DNA of 64,000 bases from Tubulanus polymorphus (taxonomy: Eukaryota; Animalia; Nemertea). Within the stretch, counting starts at the first letter, position 1; each line of letters begins with the position of its first letter. Below the pieces are notes generated by a model. That model searched no databases. It worked only from the letters and a program-made list of their open reading frames with translations, and had not been told where the DNA came from. Shown piece after piece: positions 49,262-62,500 of the stretch. Where the stretch lies: positions 16,313,653 to 16,377,652 of the forward strand of contig NC_134028.1 in NCBI RefSeq assembly GCF_964204645.1, in the 5' to 3' direction. The position numbers were made by a program, and so were the translations under genes.

Positions 49262-50433
49262 ATAATTTTGGTTTTATCGCCCGCAATAATTCATTATTTT
49301 GGTTTTATCGCCCGCGATAATTCATTATTTTGGTTTTATCGCCCGCGACAATTCATTATTTTGGTTTTATCGCCCGCGACAATTCATTATTTTGGTTTAT
49401 CGCCCGCGACAATTCATTAGTTTGGTTTTGTCACCCGCGACAATTCAAGATTTTGGTTTTTCTGCCGCGACAATTCATTTTTTGGATTTGTCGCCCGCGA
49501 CAATACAATATTTTGGTTTTATCGTCAGCGACAATTCATTATTTTGGTTTTATCGCCCGCGACAATTCATTATTTTGGTTTTACCGCCCGCGACAATTCA
49601 TTAATTTGGTTTTGTCACCCGCGACAAAACAATAATTTTGGTTTTGTCGCCCGCGACAATTCATTATTTTGGTTTTATCGCCCGCGACAATTCATTATTT
49701 TGGTTTTATCGCCCGCGACAATTCATAATTTTGGTTTTGTCACCCGCGACAAATCAATATTTTGGTTTTGTCGCCCATGACAATTCAATATTTTGGTTTT
49801 TATCGCCCGCGACAATTCATTATTTTGGTTTTATCGCCCGCGACAATTCATTATTTTGGTTTTGTCGCCTCGACAATTCTTTTTTTGGTTTTGTCGCCCG
49901 CGACAATTCATTAGTTTGGTTTTGTCGCCCGCGACAATTCAATATTTTGGTTTTGTCGCCCGCGACAATTCAATATTTTGGTTTTGTCGCCCGCGACAAT
50001 TAATTATTTTGGTTTTGTGGCCCCCACAATTCTTTTTTTGGTTTTGTCGCCCACGACAATTCATTAGTTTGGTTTTATCGCCCACGACAATTCATTACTT
50101 TGGTTTTATCTCCAGCGACAATTCATTATTTTGGTTTTGTCGCCCACGACAATTCATTATTTAGGTTTTGTCGCCCGAGACAATTCATTATTTTGGTTTT
50201 ATCGCCCGCGACAATTCATTATTTTGGTTTTGTCGCCCGCGACAATTCATTATTTTGGTTTTATCGCCCATGACAATTCATTATTTTGGTTTTATCGCCC
50301 GCGACAATTCAATATTTTGGTTTTATCGCCCGCGACAATTCATTAGTTTGGTTTTGTCGCCCGCGACAATTCAATATTTTGGTTTTATCACCCGCGACAA
50401 TTCATTAGTTTGGTATTGTCGCCCGTGACAATT
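49262..50433. repeat. 31-bp satellite array
   Basis: Direct reading. Confidence 0.95.
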
Positions 50434-51684
50434 CTTTTTCAGTCCACTTGGGACTTTAGTCCCAAGGGGGCTATTGTGTTCACTTTTCGTCCCTCCGTCC
50501 GTCCATAGACGGAATCCAGTTATTTTGGGAAGTTTTGAAGACGCTTCAAGGTAATGTCTTGATATTTGGTTTATACATGTATCTACCCTAGAAACATCGT
50601 CAGCCCAAAAACTGGCCCTGTCAGATTCAAGATGGCCGACTGGCAGCCATTGTTGTTTGCCAAAATCAGCACTTTTTAAACATTTTCGAAGTTTTCGTGT
50701 GAAATTTTGAAGACGCTTCGATCAATTACCTTGATCTTTCGTTTATATTTGAATCTACCAAAGGCCCATCAGCATAATAAAATTGGGTCGATCTGACTCA
50801 AGATAGCCGTCCTATGACCTTTTTAGTGCCCAAAAATGTAAATTTTGGCCAGAATTCTAGGTCCTGTAGCTTCCTACTGGTTTGCCATTTCTCATTGCAA
50901 TTGCTGATAGGTATTCTTTAGAGAGGGATTTTTTATACCTGGGACAGGTATTTTTGATCAGCCTATTATGACGCAATTGACGGCCATCTTGGTGTCATCA
51001 GTACTCATTCGTAGGTGGGAAAAAGTTTTTCCACATTAAATTGATACCTAAGCATATTGTGTTACTATATTCAATTGGAAAGTTGTAGCCCATAACGTGT
51101 TCTATGATTTTGGTGAGTTTCAAGGTCTTTGGTTTTAGTATGTGGCCATCAGGGGGCGTTGAATAATACAATAACTTAGTATTGCTATATTATATTTGTA
51201 CCAAGGCATATTTTGTTACCATGATCAGGGAAGTGTGATGAGATGGAATACGGACGCTATTGTGCAGCTCTTGTCGAATGTGCGTTGTAATTGCCCTAAA
51301 GCCGATAACGGTTCGTCGGCGAGCGCTTTGTTACGTAACGCGCCGATAAGCGATAACCAACGAGATCGGGAATCTCCCGTAATAATTCAGTTGTTTCCGA
51401 ATATCGGTTTTTCATCCCATAATAAACTTATTTAAAAATTCCTCTGTAAACTGGTAAAACTCAACACCTGATTTCCCCTCATCAATTTCAGTCGATCAAC
51501 TTGTATTCACAATTGTCTTAAATTTAAGTGCCCCCTAGTTTGTCTCTTAACTGCTTCTCTTTAATCTGTTTTAGCGTGTAACTGTTTCTACGTTAATTTT
51601 CCTTTAGTTTGTATCATCTCTGATTACTTGAATTAGTCTCTTAGTCTCTGGATTGTATATATATCTCATAATTTCTGTAGTATT

Positions 51685-51735
51685 CATTATTTCTGAAGAT
51701 GACTATTAGGACATAGACGAAACGTCGAATAAACT
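51685..51735 (+). ncRNA. Putative minimal type I hammerhead ribozyme in a Penelope pLTR-like fragment
   Basis: CTGAAGA, stem II (GACTAT/ATAGAC), GAAACGTC, with flanking TTATTT/GAATAA able to form stem I. Confidence 0.5.
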
Positions 51736-52346
51736 ACTAACATTTTTGGACTTTTTCGTTATCATTGTGCGATTCTCTCTACATCGCTTCCGACGGATAT
51801 AGTGTTTTATCAATCGTGATATCGGTTCTTTCCGCTGTATTAAAATGGCAACGGTTGTCAACGAAATTATAAATGATGACGATTTTGACGAACTATTCTT
51901 TGATAGTGACGAATTGGTTCAGATCGATACGGAAATATTACGGGAATCCTCTGGATCAGGATCAACTAATTCGGCCGATTCTAGTGAGTGTTATTCCTTT
52001 TGAATCGATGAAATATCGGAATAGTTTCCACCTAATTGCAGGCACTTTATTCTTTCCTTTTCTTTTTCATATAGGTACTTCTCAGGCTCAGCTGACCAGA
52101 GACTGCGATCTGAACACGAGAAAACACACATACAGGTATTTTTTACATTTATTTTTATAATCAATACAATCCTTTTAGGTTATAAAATAATAAACGAATA
52201 CAGAAAATAATTATATAAACATAATATAAAAAATCCAGATAAGTACATGTTAAAATAATAATCATTATTATTATTTTCGCAGGAACACTATATATTTGGA
52301 AAAGGCTATGACTGAAGTGATTAACCATCGAGTATTTAAATTCAGT

Positions 52347-52679
52347 TCAAATGGAATGGTAGCAGTACATTATGGAAAATCGATGGATAAAATTTTGACT
52401 ACAAATACGTCGCCGTCCAGACTTGGAATTAACCAGTGGTTTACATGTCCATTGTTTTAATTTGATAGTCACAGGGACAGTTTTTTTAACGTTTTTGTTC
52501 TTACGCCATTTTTGTAATTTGACACGACACATATTACAGATGTATATCGGGTACTGTTCAGTATCATCATCAAAATCAATGTTGAACAACTCCTTCACAT
52601 GGCTTTTGAAATTATTTTTATCGATAGGACGACGATCCGGAGGTTTCGCATTTTTTCCACACAATCGACAAAGATCCAT
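52347..52679 (-). pseudogene. Transposase N-terminal fragment with RAG1-N/Chapa/ZAD-like C4 zinc finger
   Basis: LCRLCG...VKELFNIDFDDDTEQYPIYICNMC, located inside the TIR element. No DDE domain remains. Confidence 0.7.
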
Positions 52680-55299
52680 GACTAAAAACAAGAAAAGGTT
52701 AATTAAATGAGATTGCTGATGCTATTTAGGCAACTTGGTTTATATGGGGGACAATAACTTGTAGGCCTAATGTAAACGTTATTAAGTAACATTATTATGT
52801 AGTAAATACACATTTTAAAGATCATACTTCGTGTATATGTTTGTGTCGTAACATAGCAACATGACGTCAGAAACGAAAGCTGCGCGAGTCTGGGCCGAAA
52901 TATTTGACATCTTCAAGGCCCAAATAACGCTAAACCCGGAATCGGAACGAACTGGCAAAAACATATGTTTAACACATAAAAACAGACTTTAATCACAATA
53001 TAAATACTTAATGTTCCGATACCGGGTTTCGGAGATATAGAAGAATAAAAATACATACCTTTTTGGACAAATTTTACGAGAAATTGTTGAATTTCAACCG
53101 ATTTTCTAAAGAAAAATATGTGTATACACAGCCACTTCCACGTTGTTCAATGAACTGCAGTGCGCATGCGTAGTATCGATCGCAGAACATTTATCGGGCT
53201 AAAACTATTGCGGGTTGTTCTGCGACCAAATCAAAGTTGATGTTGACTGGTGTTCAGCTGGTAACACACACTCGATAAGCGTAGCTTACTGCTGTTGCGG
53301 TAACCTTTGATGTACGGGCTGAATTGAATAGCCTACATCCGGCAATTAAAAGCGTCCGTATTCCATCTCATCACACTTCCCTGCCATGATCAATTGCAAA
53401 GTTGTAGTTCATGACATCGTCTATGATTGTGGTGAGTTTTTAAGTAAATTAGTTATTCCATATAGTCACCAGGGGGCGTTGAATAGTAGAATGGCTTAGT
53501 ATTTCCTTATTAGATTGGTACCTAGGCATATTTTGTTACCATGATCCATTGCAAAGTTGTAGATCATGACATCGTCTATGATTGTGGTGAGTTTTTAAGG
53601 ACATTAGTTATTCCTTATAGTCACCAGGGGGCGTTGAATAGTAGAATGGCTTAGTATTTCCTTATTAGATTGGTACCTAGGCATATTTTGTTACTATGAT
53701 CAATTGCAAAGTTGTATTTCATGACATGTACTACGATTATGGTGAGTTTTAAGGTCATTGGGTTTTGCATATGGTCACCAGGGGCGTTGAATAGTAGAAT
53801 AACTTAGTATTTCCATATTAAATTGGTAACGAGGCATATTTTGTTATCACAATCAATTACAAAATCATAGCTGCTCACATGTTCTATGATTGTGGTGGGT
53901 TTCAAGGTCATTGGTTTTTGTATATGGTCACTAGAGGGCGTTATGTATTGAAATTGTTAGATTGTTGAGCATTTGAAACCACTTCCCAAGTGAGCATGGT
54001 GTCCCTGGACCCCTAGTTTGGTTTTGTCTCCCGCGACAATTCATTATTCTGGTTTTGTCGCACGCAACAATTCAATATTTTGTTTTTGTCGTCCGCGACA
54101 ATTCATTATTTTGGTTTTATCGCCGCGACAATTCAATATTTTGGTTTTAACGCCCGCGACAATTTATAATTGTGGTTTTATCGCTTGCGACAATTCATTA
54201 TTTTTGTTTTGTCGCCCGTGACAATTCAATATTATGGTTTTGTCACCCGAGACAATTCATAATTTTGGTTTTGTCCCCGTGGTTTTGTCGGAACATTAAG
54301 TTTTTTGGTCGAACAGTGTGTTAAGGTCGTTTTGGAAATTTACTCGGTCTGGTATATTTTTGGATTACTGTGTATGTCATTTGTCAGGACATTAAACAGA
54401 AGACGACTTAGGATACTACCTTGCGTGACTCCACTAGTTAGACCGTCTCATTCCAAGAGGAGGCGTTCCGTTGATTTCGGTTACAAGTTTCCGTTCAGAG
54501 ATAACTGCTGAGCCATTTAAACGACCTATCATTGATACTGTTTCCTAATAGCCTCTTTAGTAATGGCCGATGTTGAGCCTTATCAAATGCTTTGTTGAAA
54601 TCCACCGTTGAACAGGATTCTAAGACTGTGCAGAAAACCCGTTATCGCTGCTTTGCAGCTATATTTTACTGTTATTATTGTTTACATCGAACGTCTTCAA
54701 CAGCTGATACAACCGCAACTACGCCTGTCAATCAGATTAATTGATTCATATAAGCTTACTAAAATGCTCACTATGAAAAAAGTACGCGGTGAATCAATCC
54801 GGAATTTTTCAGTAGAATATGAGACACTAGGTACCATTCTTTAAAAGTTAATTTGTTGTATGTCATTAACGATCAGTTATATAATACTTTATTCGTAACC
54901 TTTGAAGCGGCGCACCGGTACCGAATGCTCAAGCTAGGTCAGTCACGTAGGCCAACATTAACACGAAACAGACCACGGTTTTCCCTGTTAAGAACGTCTC
55001 TACACATGAATAAAAGGGACTATAATGGACCATTTGCAATCATCAATCATTGCGCGCATACTGGCGCGAATCTGAAAGTTTGTGACGTCATTTCATGAAT
55101 AAATAAAAAAGGAAGGCTCCGAGAATATCCAAATCACAGGTTACTGTGAATAACTGGGGTTCGACCATTCACAAGTAAAAAATGTACTTCCTTGTTTGTG
55201 AAGTAAGTTTATTCATACTGTTATTAAAAGCAGTCCCTTTTAAACATTCTATAATAGTATAGTTTTGTTCGTGGATATCAATACTTCGAAATATCAACA

Positions 55300-56426
55300 G
55301 CGGTTTATTTATTTAAGATCGATCTTGGGTCCTCTTCTCTTTATTTTGTACATTAACGATTGCCCCAATGCGTCAGCCATTTTTCAGACTATAATGTTCG
55401 CGGATGATACTAATATCTTTGCTTCCCATAAAGAGTACAGAATTTTGGAGAAAACTGTCAATTTTGAACTTGCAAACTTGGACGTCTGGTTTAAGTCAAA
55501 TAAACTTTCATTAAATCTTGACAAAACACATTTCATGGTATTTAGTAGAGCTAAGAAAAAAAGGACTTCGGAATATATATCGGTGATGTACCTTTACAAA
55601 AAGTAAGTAACACCAAATTTGTAGGAGTCCAAATTGATGATAATTTAAATTGGAAAGCCCATATACAAAATATTGCGAAGAAAGTGGCACAAGGTATTGG
55701 TATCAATCGACGCTTATCACATTATGTTCCACGATCCGTTCTTCTAAAATTGTACTATTCTCTTATTCATCCTTACATTCATTATTGTAACATGACTTGG
55801 GCAAATAATACCACTACTAATCTTAACTGTCTTGTGGTATTACAAAAGAAAGCGATTAGAGCGATTAATGGAAGCGGCTACTTAGCGCACACGTCACCTT
55901 TATTCAAAAAGTACAAACTTTTGAAATTAGAGGATATCAACAAACTACAAATTTGCCAGTTCATGTACTTATATAATAAAAATGATGTCCCTAAAGCCTT
56001 CGATGATTTCTTTTTATTTAATTCGCAAATTCACAACCACAACACTCGAAATAGTACTGGTATCAATTTCGTAATCCCATATTCAAGAACCAACGTTCGT
56101 TACAATTCATAAAGATCGAAAGGTCCAAGACTTTGGAACACTTTGAATCCTAAGTTGAAACTATCTAAAAATTTCTGTTATTTTAAAAGAAATTTAAAGA
56201 AGTCCATCATAGACAATTGCTAACTCATGTGAACATCGTTTAAATTTAAGTATTGAGCCCGTCTGAAAGTATGTATGTGTGTGTATGCATGAAGCGTGTG
56301 TGAATATGCGTGTTTTTTTTCTTTTCTTTCCTTATTTTGTTTTCCTTTTAGGGTGCCTGATACTACAAGCTTTGCTTTTTTCGGGTCGCCCTGCTGTTAT
56401 TTTACATCAGTATATATCGATATGGA

Positions 56427-56430
<4 letters not shown>
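55300..56430 (+). mobile_element. 5'-truncated CR1/L2-group (Crack-like) LINE
   Basis: SILGPLLFILYIND, FADDTN, NKLSLN..KT, LYYSLIHPYI.YC..W, LQKKAIR and H.HNTR. Confidence 0.88.
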
Positions 56431-56431
<1 letters not shown>

Positions 56432-56504
<73 letters not shown>

Positions 56505-56512
56505 TATATATG
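56432..56512. repeat. (TA)n microsatellite
   Basis: Direct reading. Confidence 0.95.
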
Positions 56513-56539
56513 TACGTATGTATATGTATGTTGTAATGT

Positions 56540-59500
56540 AAGTCTTATATATCTTTTATACATTGATGTAAATTATTCAGAAAATAAATATATGATATGA
56601 TATTTGCAGTGAAATATTTCCACATTCTTGCTCTTAATGTTCTATTAAATCGTTCAACAACTGCTGCTTTTTATCCGATTTCGTTGAAAAAAATGTAATA
56701 TTATGGTAATCTAAGAGTTTATGAACTAATGAATATTCAAATTCTTTTCCATCATCAATTTGGAATTTTTTCTGGTTTTAATGTATTTGAAAGAAACTTA
56801 TTTAAAATTATTGATGTTTGTGCAGCATCTATTCTAAATAGTGGGAAACTAAATACATAACGACTAAAAATATCAATTATATTTAATATCCACCAATAAT
56901 CATTATTCTCTATTCTGTGTGTTGTATATGTTGGTTGCTCTAAAGTTAATTCATTTATATCTTTATATTTGACTACATTTCGAGGGATTATCATAATTTA
57001 TCTTGTTTTACTTTGTGCCATATATTTTTTACAGAAGAATAGGCAACTGAACTCTCAGGATTATGATATAAATTTTTTAAATATTGTTCTTTAGGATTAG
57101 GGTTTTTTTATCCCCATTTATATGTCATTAATATTTACTATTTATTTTGAATATTGAATACTCTGTAATTGTGAATTTGTTATATTTAAATGCGCATCAG
57201 AAATAATATAAATATGTATTCTATAATTGTCGATACCTTATTTTCTTTTTCATAAATAATTGTATTCCACCTTTTGTATTTTTCAATTTTTTTACCAGAA
57301 CCATGTAAAGAATTATCCTCAGATGTTCTAAAATCTAACCATAATGCAAATTCATTACCGATACAATAATCAATTTGATTAATATTACAATTTTCAGATA
57401 ATTCAATTTTTTCATTCATGAAATATTTTTTGATTTCTATCCATTGATCTATCATTCTCATTCCCTGACAAAATATTTCATTTGCTTTTCTTTAAATTGG
57501 TATTTCTACTTTTAATATTTCATGATTATAATAATTATCAACATCAGTAGTACCATTTGAATATATTTTAGTAAAAAATATTAACATACCTTTAATTGAT
57601 CTTGTAGGAAAGTTAATATTACCATTAATTTTTTCACCACTTGTATTAATAGTAACAGTTTTAAATTTCTCAACATAATCATATAGTAATGAAAACCCTT
57701 GATTATATCCAGTTTGAATTGTACTCGCAATATTTTCATTAATGACTGTATGATATTATAAATATATATTTGATAATTTATATTCCATATCTTTAATTAT
57801 ACTCGAAAATACTATTTAATTTGCCGGTGCAAAAGTTATTTCAAATATTATATCTTCGTGAATTGCATATTTATATAAAGGAGTATTATTATTTATCAAT
57901 TGATAATCTAATGGAATTTCTACTACCATAAATCTTATTTATTAAATAATCTGCGGAATTAGTTACTATTGCGTTATTAGCTTTTGATCTTAATTTATTT
58001 TGATTTTATGTTTGAATTCCTTGAAATATCATATTTTTTTCTATTTTCTTTAGTTAACCATAAACCCTTATATAAATAAATACCATTTGGAACATAAAAA
58101 GTATTTTGATTTAATCACGAAATTCTAACATATAAAGTATCATTTGGAATAATATTACTCGGATTATGAGTAATTATATGATTACAACATTTTTCTTTAA
58201 TTGAATTAGATTTTTTCGAATTTTTTGAAGGATAAATATACTTTACTTTCACCTTTTATCTAGAAAAAAAAATAAATTGTCTGTTTCTATCATATTTTCT
58301 AATCCAAAAATAAATCGCGATAGACGAATGAAATATAAGTCCCACAATCACAAGTTCAAAAGCAATTTTCATCTCATATGATGTTGTTTCATTGTTTACT
58401 AATATCCCTTTAGAGGCCACTTTTGATTTCATTCGATGCAAACTTCCGGGCCTCCACCTCGATTTTCCCATTTCTGTTGAATTTCTCATTGATTTACTTG
58501 AACTGTGTTCCAAATATATGTATTTTCATTTTAAAGGGAATTTATTTCAACAGATTTTTGGATTTGCAATGGGGAATCCCCTCTCTCCTATCTTAGCTAA
58601 CTTATTTTTGGAACATGTTGAAACTGAAATTTTGCCTTTGTATACAGATATCCCTCCCAAAGCTTGGTTTCGTTATGTTCTTTGCTTGGTTTCTGATAAA
58701 TTTAACCTTCCCTTATTTTCAGAGTTCTTAAATTCACGTTACCCTAGCCTTAAGTTCACATTTGAATGGGAATCCAATAATATGATTCCTTTCCTGGATG
58801 TTATTATACACAATTGTTTTGATCGTCTCCGTTTTTCTGTTTATCGGAAACCCACCCACTCTAATTCATATTTGCATTTCTTTTCCTTCACTAGTTTTAA
58901 TATCAAGTTGTCTGTAGCCCAAAGGTTGTTTCTTCGGGCTCTTAGAATTTGTGACCCTGAATTTATTGAATCTGATATTTTAAATGTACGCAGCTGTCTT
59001 AACAAAATTGCTTATCCAGATTACGTCTTAGACCTTGCGCTTCGTAAAGCTAAAAGATCCCTTAAACCTAATTTTATACGTGTTGACTCTAACTCTATTC
59101 GACGAAAGTCTCGCATAGTTGTCCCTTATATCCCGTGTTTAGTCAAGTTGAAACCCACTCTCAAGGCGCTTAACACTGATATCATATCCAAGTATAATAA
59201 CAAAATCTCTAGTCATTTATCCAAAAATAATACTCTGTCCAATACCCATGCGATACCGGTGTTTATAAAATCCCTTGCTTAGATTGTGATAAATTCTATA
59301 TAGGGGAAACTGGTCGCTCCCTCAGCATTCGTATTAAAGAGCATAAGTAAGATATGATTAATCAAAAAACCCAAAGTGCTGTGGCTACCCATGTTTGGAA
59401 TACCAATGGCCATCAATTTGATTTTAATGATTTTCGTATAATTTTTCCGTCTCACAGTATTACCCCAACGTCATTTAGTTAAGTCGGTTTTAATGAATTC

Positions 59501-62500
59501 CCATTCAAATTCCTGTGTCAATGGTAACCTGGTTTCTCCCCCATAATTAACTTTTGTCCCTATACATTTCCTCTCTGATTAATATTACCTAGTTTTCATG
59601 TGCAATAGTGTGTGTCGATCTTGCTTATACATATACTCTGAAATGTCATAATTTTAGTCACTCTTGAGAATGGATAAAACCGGAAATTCGAGGTTTTAAT
59701 AAATTCTTTATAGTTTTGATGTTTTAAAATCTCTTTCGAACTTGTGATTGTGGGATTCATATTTCATTCGTCTCTCGCGATTTATTGCGTAGTTTTATCA
59801 CGTTACCTCAGATAAATCTTTTCCCTTGGTCTCATTGATTTTAATGGAGAATAGAATTGAATTTCCTGAAATTTGCTCAATAAAAGAAAATTGAATTGGA
59901 TTTGATATTTGATATTTTGGATTTGCAGAATAAAATTTGATTGAATTTGTAGTTTGAGCACACGGCTAATAAGCATATAGAGGTCATCTATCCGATTTAA
60001 GAAAAAGCTATTTTTCCTGGACTTTGCACAATGGTCAATTATATTTTCTATAGTGCTAATAAAAATATTCCTCCCAAAAACCAAATCAACTAAAGCTTTC
60101 ACAGAAATCGATCTTGAAAAACAATTTTAGATATATAACTAAAACCAGGAAGTACCGCGGGTTTTTAAGGGTTAGGTGTAGATTTGATATAGCTTAACCT
60201 ATTGTTATAAAAATCATTGTTATAGCTGTTGAAATAGAAAAAATAGTAATACCTTCTAATTCAAATAATTATTTTATTCTATCTTTAATTATATTTCAGA
60301 ATTTTGTTTTATTAATAAACTTTCATAATAACTTTTAATCTTTTAAATTTATAATCATATGATTATGATAATAAATCTTTTTGTTCTTTCTGTAATTCTA
60401 TATTATATTCTATTTCTAAGTGTTTATTTTTAAATTTCTCGTCACTTTATTATGAGCAATTTTATCAATTTCATTTCACCCACATATAAACTATCTTAAT
60501 GCTTTTTCAGAAAATATATTCAAATCTTCTAATGCTTGATCTGTTGTGTCAGAAAATCCATTCGGTAAAAGTTTTTCAGTTTGCACTTTCTTTGATTTAG
60601 GTTTACTGGTTTTAGAATTAATAATCTTTAGGATTTGTTTCTGATTCTAAATTTTCATTAATTATCTTCAAAAAAATCATAATTTCTTCGATTAACTATT
60701 CTTTTATTTAGATTTATTTCTTGTACTATAACATTAGTTATATCATCATTATTATTTATCTTTTTAATTCTAGACTGTTCTTATTTAGTTTAAGTTGATT
60801 TTGTTATTATTTCATCAAGTCTTTTATTAGAAGATATCTAAAAATAATAGTAATCTTTCAAATGCCAATAATAATCACCATTTAAATATTTCAAATCTGG
60901 TGCAAAAATATTGTGCACCTTTACCAGTTATATTAAATCCAGATTTTTTTAAATATTGGTTTAAAATTATCAATTAATTTATCATAATATAATTCTTTTT
61001 TTAAATTATTTCTGGATCTTTAATAGTATTCAATCTTGAACGTAATTTATTAAAAAATTCACCAGTAGGTATTGTTAAATTAGAATTATATTCAGCATCA
61101 TTACTAAAATCAGGTTGCTGTCCATCAGTTATATTAGATTCATCAAAGTTTTCCATTCCAAAGTCTTCTCCACCTTCCATTTATATAATAAGAAAATTCA
61201 TATCTTAAACACAATATTCCACCAATTATAATTCCAAAACAGGATATAGCTGATTTAATATTTTCATGCGATTTATCATTATTTTTATGTTCAATTATTT
61301 CATGTTGAATATAATCAGTTTTAATATTTTCTGTTGTATTACAATCATTTAATTTAGAATCATTATTCAATTCTATATTCTAAGTTTTAATTTCAGTTGA
61401 CTGAATAACAATTTTTTCACCGTCCATTGATTTTGAAGCAGTAATAACTTTTTTATTTATATTATCAAAACCAAATGTATTATTGATTGTTGCAGTTTTG
61501 ATTAAATTATTATAACCAATTACATTTGCTATTTTTAATACTTAATCCTTAGAAATAATCAATAAATTCTGTCCAATACAATAATTCAATGATATATGTG
61601 ATTTATCTAAATAATTTTGATATCTTATTATATTTTCTGGAATTGAGATATTTTCATCGTTATGAATTGAATCTCCAAATAATACTTTAAATTGTTTTTG
61701 TGTAACTAATGAAGTATTTGAATTTCCATTTAACGGTGATCTTGTTTTAACTTGTGATCCTTAAATACAAATTAAAAAATTGATATACATTGATTTATTC
61801 TTTGTATACCTGATTTTGTAAAACCATCACTATTTTTTACAATAAAGTAAATCAAACCATTATTATTTTCTTGTTTTAAATTATCATAATATTTTGGTAA
61901 GTTATTGAAATGTAATGTTTTTGAATCTATATTTTCTATCTTACTAACACATTAAATACTATAAAAAAGATTTAAACTATTAATTGGTAAGGGAAGTGCA
62001 CAATATTCTAACATATTTTCAGGACAAGGAATTGATCTAATTGTTCCAATTCTGTTCTAAAATCAGAATTCTTTATATTTATATTACATCCATTTCATAT
62101 TTTTTAAAACTTTGATCAATTAATATTATTATATAATTTATTAAAATATTTTAATCCCGATAGAGGGCTTTCTAATTCATTTAATGTGATTCTATTTTGA
62201 AACTATGTAAGAAATCGAAATAAACTGTGCATAAATTTATATTTAGAGTTATTTAAATGATTATTCCAACTTATGTCACATCCTGTTGTTGCATAATAAA
62301 CTGCAAAATTCAATTGATTTTGCCAATATTTCATATTAGATTTTATTAACCATTGTTTTGCTTCTTTCAATCTTTTAAGATAAATCAAATATAAATTAAA
62401 TATATTTTCCATTTAATCATTAAAATCATTAGTTTCAGTAACATAAATATCTAAATCAACTAATGAATTGAAAACAAAATGTAAATATGTAATATCTTAA

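Larger units (their letters stand above)
51226..53383. mobile_element. Non-autonomous TIR DNA transposon with 7-bp TSD (P/Galileo-like ends)
   Basis: Perfect 33-bp TIR CAGGGAAGTGTGATGAGATGGAATACGGACGCT. TSD CCATGAT at 51219-51225 and 53384-53390. The empty site is at ~41902. Confidence 0.92.
50434..54018 (+). mobile_element. Non-autonomous Helentron-like (HINE/DINE-1-type) element with ~156-bp internal tandem repeats
   Basis: Inserted in a T-run. It has a 5' hairpin CTTGGGAC-TTTA-GTCCCAAG, a (GTCC)n microsatellite, a subterminal IR CACTTGGG/CCCAAGTG and a 3' stem-loop ending CTAGTTT. Classification is by architecture only. Confidence 0.65.

Noticed and set aside
39563-50433. 31-bp palindromic arrays as a CRISPR array, and their long ORFs (e.g. 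433 aa at 39563-40864) as genes
   Set aside because: Units are head-to-tail with no unique spacers and there are no cas genes. The ORFs are stop-free translations of the satellite in all three frames.
59660-59700. Hammerhead ribozyme in the Penelope 3' end
   Set aside because: CTTGAGAA...GGAAAT deviates from the CTGANGA/GAAA core and is too degenerate to call.
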